64,000 nucleotides of DNA from Tubiluchus corallicola (lineage: Eukaryota; Animalia; Priapulida), in contig JAQGDQ010000287.1 in assembly GCA_030141605.1 (NCBI GenBank), positions 62,001 through 126,000 on the forward strand. The letters run 5' to 3'. Under the pieces are notes generated by a model. That model had not been told where the DNA came from. It did no database searches and saw nothing but the letters and a program-made list of their open reading frames with translations. The stretch's first letter is position 1; each line of letters begins with the position of its first letter. Both the position numbers and the translations under genes were made by a program. Positions 57,401 through 64,000 of the stretch are shown in pieces.

Positions 57401-57523
57401 ATCCTTTCATACAGTGATGTGACATCCGATTCAGACGACTACAGCAGTATTCATTCTAGCAATAGTGATGGGGGATTTGCCGTCCACACAAAGAGGGCAA
57501 CCCTGGACAAAAATATCTCATGA
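42369..57523 (+). CDS. mxd: Max dimerization protein (Mad/Mxi1/MXD family) bHLH-Zip repressor; 6 exons, 235 aa
   Basis: Exons 42369-42423, 44725-44890, 45494-45523, 53254-53368, 56129-56339 and 57393-57523 total 708 nt, all GT-AG. Motifs: [29 protein letters not shown]; basic/[52 protein letters not shown]; zipper ALEEKDKK...LQSQLRML; tail EVDILSY...SDGGF. Confidence 0.97.
44725..44890 (+). CDS. mxd: MXD exon 2
   Basis: TTTTCAG|AGTCAGAACATGGCTAC; [12 protein letters not shown]...GPNITR; donor GTGAGA. Confidence 0.94.
45494..45523 (+). CDS. mxd: MXD exon 3 (30-nt basic-region microexon)
   Basis: ACTAG|GTCAAGTCACAATGAGTTGGAGAAAAGTCG|GTAAGT = [10 protein letters not shown]. Confidence 0.95.
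49912..50384 (+). mobile_element. TTAA-flanked (Kolobok-like) element, copy 3, in MXD intron 3
   Basis: TTAAAAGCACAAGAAAAC ... TTTCTTCCCTT|TTAA; same internal blocks. Confidence 0.65.
52160..52382. repeat. 57-bp tandem repeat, 4 copies, in MXD intron 3
   Basis: Unit CACCTTACTGTCTTTGCGAAAATGTGCCTCCAAAATATTAGCTTTCTGAATGAGTGG-like. Confidence 0.9.
53254..53368 (+). CDS. mxd: MXD exon 4 (HLH)
   Basis: TTCCAG|GAGGGCTCAT; [38 protein letters not shown]; donor GTAGGC. Confidence 0.96.
56129..56339 (+). CDS. mxd: MXD exon 5 (leucine zipper, Ser-rich)
   Basis: TTTTCAG|GCTCTTGAA; [27 protein letters not shown]...[11 protein letters not shown]; donor GTAATG. Confidence 0.93.
57393..57523 (+). CDS. 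mxd: MXD exon 6 (C-terminus)
   Basis: TTTCAG|AAGTGGAC; [46 protein letters not shown]. Confidence 0.92.
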
Positions 57524-60500
57524 TCCCGTCAGTCCCTGGTGCGTAGTGCACCCATACAATGGGATCTGGATGGTTTTCTCATTTGCCATTGTTTGCAAAG
57601 CACCCCCCAAAAAACTTGATAATTAATCTCTTCACAGCAAAGCTGAACTTGGATAGATGAATTGTTTATTCTTCAGATGTAATGGTATTTATTTCTGCCA
57701 AAAGACAATTTAATCGAAAAATAAGTTAGAAAACGTGAACTGTCTTGCTATTTAAAAAGTGTGTGATGTTGTTATGTAAATTAAGTGCTCCTGATACCAA
57801 ATCATTTACGTGAAAAAGTATTTTTTTCAGATGTAAGGTTAAGTGTGTATCCATTTTGACCAATATGCACTATAGCACAACTGTCACGGATTATTAAAAT
57901 TTGTGATTCAAAGTGATGAAACCCAAGTATACTCATTTTGTTTTACTTGAGTGTAACTATAGCTAAGTGTTATTATTATTATTAATATTGATAATATTAT
58001 TGGCATTTTCGTAATGCAATATTTACAAGAACCGGACATTGTGTTTTAGCTCAGCATGTTTCCTTATGATGATTTTACGTATGCAGTGCGATGGATTGGG
58101 CAGCTTTGGGATATCTTGGTAGTTTATTTAGAAATTTTCCATTTTGCTTGCTTAGTAGAACAGGTTGCATGCATTAGAGCCATCTATCTGTGGTGCATTT
58201 TTACACTTTTTAGTTACATCATACTCTTTAACTCTTTGTTTGATACAATCAGCAATGTAATCACTGTAGACAGTTTTGCTCTATAGACAGCTTTCATTTT
58301 TCACCTAAAAAGAGCTGATGTAGCATTGTAGGACTTTACCGTTCATTCGTGTGTATATTTGTATAAAATTGTACATAAATAATATTGTCTGTTTTTAACA
58401 GAGGTACACAGTCGATTGTGCTCCTCAAAAAACTATATCTATAGACAATGCGTTGTACGCATTTTTGTACAAGTTGTGGACCTTGCGGCAGGTCTTTACA
58501 CAACTTATTATCGTCCCCAGAGCATTATGTATGGGATCCTGACTGTGATCCCACCTCTACAAATAAAAGGAGATGCAATCGTTATCATTATTACTTATTT
58601 ATTTGAATCTTATCTTAATATTATATTCGAGTTCAGCGTATTTTTTCGAACTCTTGTCCTGTGTTTCTATGTTAAATAGATCTTGTGCATATTCGGTAGG
58701 CATAGCTCGTTTAATGATTCACAGCAAAATTGTGAAGTAGATACGTGTGTACATGTTATGTAGAAATTGTATGTATTGAGCGGAGAAATAAAGAATATTT
58801 GTTAAATTTGAACACCATCTTTATTTATCTACATTTTATTTCTCTTTATCTTCAAGTTCGACTCTCGGTAAAGACAAAGATAATTTTTCGAAATCTTGTA
58901 AAGCATATAAAGTTCAAAACTTGTATAATTAGCTGAAACTAAACAATATACTACGTCACTGTAAATCTGCCTTTGCTATACAAGACTGTTAATATTCTAG
59001 GGGCTTTTATCACAATGAAATTTCAGTAGGGCACGAGTCTTTGTTGTGTGTTAGCATTTAAGGAAGTGTCACTGATAGTACATCTTTTGTGGATCATGAA
59101 TGACAGGAAGGGACAGCTGGGCTGTTTCAGCAACACCCGCGTTAATCTTGTGTTATTGTTTGTTGATAGCACATTTTGACCAATTTTGCAGCAGTTCCTG
59201 TGGACAATGGGGGAGAAAGTTCATAGCACTAATCAGCTTTATGGTGCTGTGATAATTACTGAGTGCGTTGAATTATGAATTCAGTGAGTTGTGTTCTGTT
59301 GCGTAATATGGGCATTCAGTGTGTGAAAATTGGTGGGCATAACTATATTAACATCGGTATCATTTTTTATTCATTTACTATACATGGTGGACCACACAAC
59401 GTTTCAGCGTTCAGTGATAAATCCAGTCAATTGTAGAATGATCTTATTTAAGACCGAGCCCTATAGTAGCAAATTAGTATTAAAACGAAGCTGCAAAAGA
59501 ATTTACACAACAGAGCAACCTTTGATAATATGGAACTGCCCCAGCATGACAGATTTATCACAGTTAAATTGAGAGTTCACATAAAAGAAGTACGATCATT
59601 AAAAAGCTTGAAGCACCATTCAGAGGCAATTGTAGTTGATTTTCGTTCAGCCTGTATTAGGGCAATAACCTAACTCACAAATTTACGCAACATGTTAAAC
59701 AAACTCCGCCCCATTGTTCCACACCACAAATGCAAGTCGCAGCCATGATTTTTTGCGTTGTTTGCGAAATCCGGCAATCTGTGACGCATCGCTTGTCATG
59801 TAATCACAATTTCGTAAAGAAATTACGCTTGGCGTCCAACACACGCAAAAGCTTTGTGGGTTTCGTTGCACTAGATTATCCTTTGGTCAATGACACTAGC
59901 TACAGAGTACGGACTGCTGCTACTAGCGTTTTCCCGCTTGGCTAGAAGGCTATAACATTTGGGACTAGACCTGGATGCATTATAGAAGCTACGGCTGAAT
60001 GCAAAGTTCACGGTCGCTGACATCCTGCTAAAGTGCACGGGCGATCACACCGAGCAGACAATTAGGCAAAAGTTAGCCCCATTAATTTCGTCCTTTAGAT
60101 GGGCGGATCTATGTGAGCACGTGTCTCATTTCTGCTTGTTTCCACCCGTCTTCTTGCAGCGAAGCATAATAGGCTTTCGATAGTCATTAGTTTATGCATT
60201 CCCTGTTTATGACTGCCCAGCTAATAAAGTACCAAACTTTGGATAAAGTGCACTCTCTGATAAAATCTAGATCCACCACAAGTCCGGTCCCTATCAGTGT
60301 CACCAGGAATGAAGTGAAGGACAAACGGCCATGTAGTGGCAACAGCTGTTAACCGCATTTCAATGTGTTTGAATTTTACTGTCTTGCATCTAATAAACGC
60401 CACGCATTCAGACCTTTGGAAAGTAACGTTAAATTTCCTTTCACTGGGAGTCTTACGGAGCGCAAATTTCCATTGTAGCGTTACAAAACACCTGCAATAA

Positions 60501-63461
60501 GCCGCGTGTTACCGTTATTCCGAACAATCTAAGTAGCGGTTTTTATGTGTTCACACCTGGTCAAACTCATGGAAATTTTCGCACTAATAAAATGCAATCC
60601 AACAATAAGAAAATTTATCGAATTCTTAAAGCAGTTTATTATTATCAAAGTTCATTGCTCAATGTGGAGTGTGAATTCATGTTCGTCTTGTACATAGAGG
60701 ATTAAGAAACTGTCAGAATATTAGCTAGGATACCTGTCTTGTGTTATAATGACACTGCATTACATATATGCCACATTGTACAAACCGCCCACAGAACGAC
60801 AGCTACAGTTGAAATGAAAATGTGATTAAACTTCAGAAAGACAGAACTGCCAATGACAAGACGCTGTCCGTTGATGTCATCGCTTAGAAATAGTTAAGGC
60901 ATTAATTAACATGGAAACGATTTTCTGGTAAGGAGTTCCACATACAAGAAGCTCAAGGGAAAAATCGGATTTTTATAAGCAGCTGTTCTGCATCTAGGAA
61001 TGACCAACGTGAAAATCAGAGAACCAACAGCAAAACGAGCAAAAGGAATTTTGGCTAGGTGCTCACTTATTTTTGTTATTATCTTTTTTTTCAAAACATA
61101 AACTGTAAATTCCCAAAATAGCAATCTATGGGAATAAGTTATTATACTGTTATAGGGGCAACTGACTTGATGACTGTATGGTCCCTTCACTGCAATTTTT
61201 ATTATAAATCTACAGTAATTGTTGTATTTTGTGGAGAAAATAATTAACTTGAATTTAATCCTACCAAGCTGTCGTTTACGAATTTGTGGCGAGAAGTCTG
61301 AGAGATTAAAGTAGTTATGAAAGAGGATTACTGAAATAAATAATAATAATAATAATTGTAATAGTATGCTCACTAAATGTCTCAATATATTGTCAGTATT
61401 TTATATCATATAACATTTAGTCATCAGATATGAAAAAACTAACAGAAGCAATATCATTATATATATGATGGCAAGATATGCAGCCAAGATAATCAGAATT
61501 TATATGATTTTAAATAAATCTATTATCATTGCAATAATAAGTTGATAACTTTTACTTAAACTTAACAGGCACAACAATACAGGGACTAATTTCATATAAA
61601 ATAATATAGTTTTGAATTGTACTGAGTTAACAGGATAAGATATGAGTGAAAAGCTACACAACATAACAAGACTTACAGTTAATACGAAAGCATAAAATAC
61701 ACACACCGTGGATTTAGTGAATGGCATAATATTCATATCAACGCTACTTCTACATTCCATATATGAAAGGTGACTAACAATCTGTCATGCATTTTTACAG
61801 GCAAAAGTATTCATGTAAAATGTTTACTGTAATTTGAACTATTTGAATTGAACTGGTTTGTTACAATTTTGGCTAGATGCGAACTCACGTAACTGCCTGT
61901 AGATGGCTCTGCCTGTAGCTTCGAACTATTCCATTATTAGTTGCTTAGTTTCTGTGGATGCAGAGTTTTCAAAATAATCAATTACATGTACAACATAAAA
62001 ACAAAAAAAAATATTGCAAAAGCAGGTGGAGTAAGCTCCTTGTCTCATTACAGTTCTAACCTATTTAAACTTTAAAACTATACAGACAATGGCACGGTCA
62101 CAGTTTGCAAATATTATTATTATTAATCCTTCATTTAACCAACAATTATACTCTACTGTACTACTCATTTCCGTAGTCCGCAATATCCACAGTGTGTACA
62201 TAATGCAACAAAAACTTTGCTTTTCAGATACGTATTCTATGATACACATTTAAAAATAAGTCAGGAAAATTCCAAAGCAAAAAATTAACATTTTCAGCAG
62301 TAGATGGCAGCACTGGCCACTCCTCAGAAAAAATGAAGTAAACCATTATTATTATAAATTTCTGATAGAACAGACTATTTTTGCTCTCTGTTCAATTCTG
62401 GTTACACTGAAAATGTGTCTATATCAGATTCTATATCAGATGGGTAATGTGCTGCTGTATGCTCATCAATTAGTGCGAGACGTTCCTTTCCCCAATAATG
62501 AACATTTTCCGTGTAACTTCAAATGGTGTGCACTCTTCCCTTGTCTGCTGCAAAATGTCAATACTCACATTGTGTAGTCAAATGTGTGCTTGCAAACACT
62601 TATATCTTCTTAAATTGAAACACAGAAAAAAGGTAAGATTAGTCCGGTAATCTGATATCTTTGTCAAGCCATCTAAACAGACGGCACGGGAACTGTACCA
62701 CTCTATTCTTTCTTCTAGTTTACCACTTTAGATCACCATTGCTAAATTATATTTCATTATACTATATTATATTATCAGATTCTTGGCTGGAATCTCTTTC
62801 TGGGTAGCAGACATTTTGTGTCGATTTATTTCCGGACATAACAACATTTTGGCAGTTGTAACCATTATTCACTCTTCTAAAGAATGTGCACTGTCAAAAA
62901 TAACCCGGTTGATAACGAAACAATTAATTCCTTCTTGAAAAAAGCACAGACCTTTCAGAAAGCAAGCTTCCAAGAAGTACAAAGTTATGTCTTCTTTAGA
63001 TCATGACAAACTGCCCATGTATCAGTACTGCCTCGAAGGTAGTACGTCTCCACAATGCTTTTATGCATCTGATTGTTCACATATTTGATAAACAATCGGA
63101 ATTCATTAACGACAAAAAGCAACTTGATCAAGCAGTCCAAAATGCAACTTATAGGACCAGTAACATAGAGAAATTTTCAATATTTCAAATTGTCGAACGA
63201 GCGCCTTTGTCTAGATTGCAGTTCATTTGGAAAAATCAGTGCTATATGCGTATCCGTAATCGATATATATATATATAAGCAGTCTAACACATCCATTGTC
63301 AGTAGATCAGCTCACCTGAAACTAAAGATGATATCTGCCTTTTCCTTGACTGACGGATATATAGATATAAATATCTATAATGTGACTATTGTCAGTACCA
63401 CAGTTCATATGCAGCTTTTGGCGCTACATGTCGATCATCTCTACTTTGCTGACTGATTGCA

Positions 63462-63649
63462 CTAGGTTTGAACTGTACTGTCAATATCTTTAACCTGTTG
63501 AATGCGCGTCCACTGACCGGTGTCGTAGTTCATCTGGAAGTAGGTCTCGACCATCATGACTTTAGAAACGCCGTCTGCCACTTGTACTGTCTCTTTGTTT
63601 TCACTCAGTTTGATTGTGAGTATTGGACCAGTGTGCGGATACGGATTAT
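63462..63649 (-). CDS. nelfa: Negative elongation factor A (WHSC2), last coding exon; gene continues beyond the window
   Basis: TTACAG| phase-1 exon reading DNPYPHTGPILTIKLSENKETVQVADGVSKVMMVETYFQMNYDTGQWTRIQQVKDIDSTVQT*. This matches the NELF-A C-terminus as I recall it (human ENPCQEQGDVIQIKLSEHTE...VDTVFEMNYATGQWTRFKK). Confidence 0.9.
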
Positions 63650-64000
63650 CTGTAATCGTAAGATTTACCAGCAATTAATTTTTAACAATTCCATGCAAAA
63701 AGTTTGAAAAACAGTGATTTAACAAATGACCGTGAAATCAACATATGAATTGACTAAATTTAATAATTAATGGTCAAGATGTTTAGTGTTGCACAATATA
63801 GTACTATAAAAAACTAATTCTATAAGAGATTTTTTCTTTTCAGTAGAACGACAATAGTGTTTATTCACATGTTTGGTAAAACTATTCAGTTATTAGCCTT
63901 ATGACACATTCAAGTTATTACAGTACCTATAATCACTGACGAACTTATATATTATATTTGCGTCCATTAAAAACTGATATTGAGTGAATAGAACTGTTTT

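Overview
This is AT-rich, microsatellite- and transposon-rich eukaryotic DNA from a bilaterian invertebrate animal; the taxon cannot be fixed from the sequence. The six-frame ORF track is mostly noise, so genes were reconstructed by hand from splice sites. Four spliced protein-coding genes were found. (1) A complete complexin on the minus strand (exons 12624-12403, 11735-11585, 6479-6394; 152 aa ending in the CAAX motif CSCM). (2) A diverged tandem complexin paralog on the minus strand (exons 2093-1872, 941-830; last exon probably outside the window). (3) A complete six-exon Mad/Mxi1 (MXD) bHLH-Zip repressor on the plus strand (42369-57523; 235 aa). (4) The last coding exon of NELF-A on the minus strand (63649-63462). 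The rest is a decayed RTE-type LINE with an 11-bp TSD, other LINE tails, hAT/Harbinger/Kolobok-like MITEs, a DINE-1/Helentron-like element carrying microsatellites, tRNA-derived SINE heads and simple repeats. Most notable are the complexin-MXD-NELFA neighbourhood (human CPLX1, MXD4 and NELFA all lie in 4p16.3), a duplicate complexin with changes at SNARE-contact residues and a mutated splice acceptor, and a dense CACGTG cluster in the MXD promoter. No prokaryotic-type system or CRISPR array is present.
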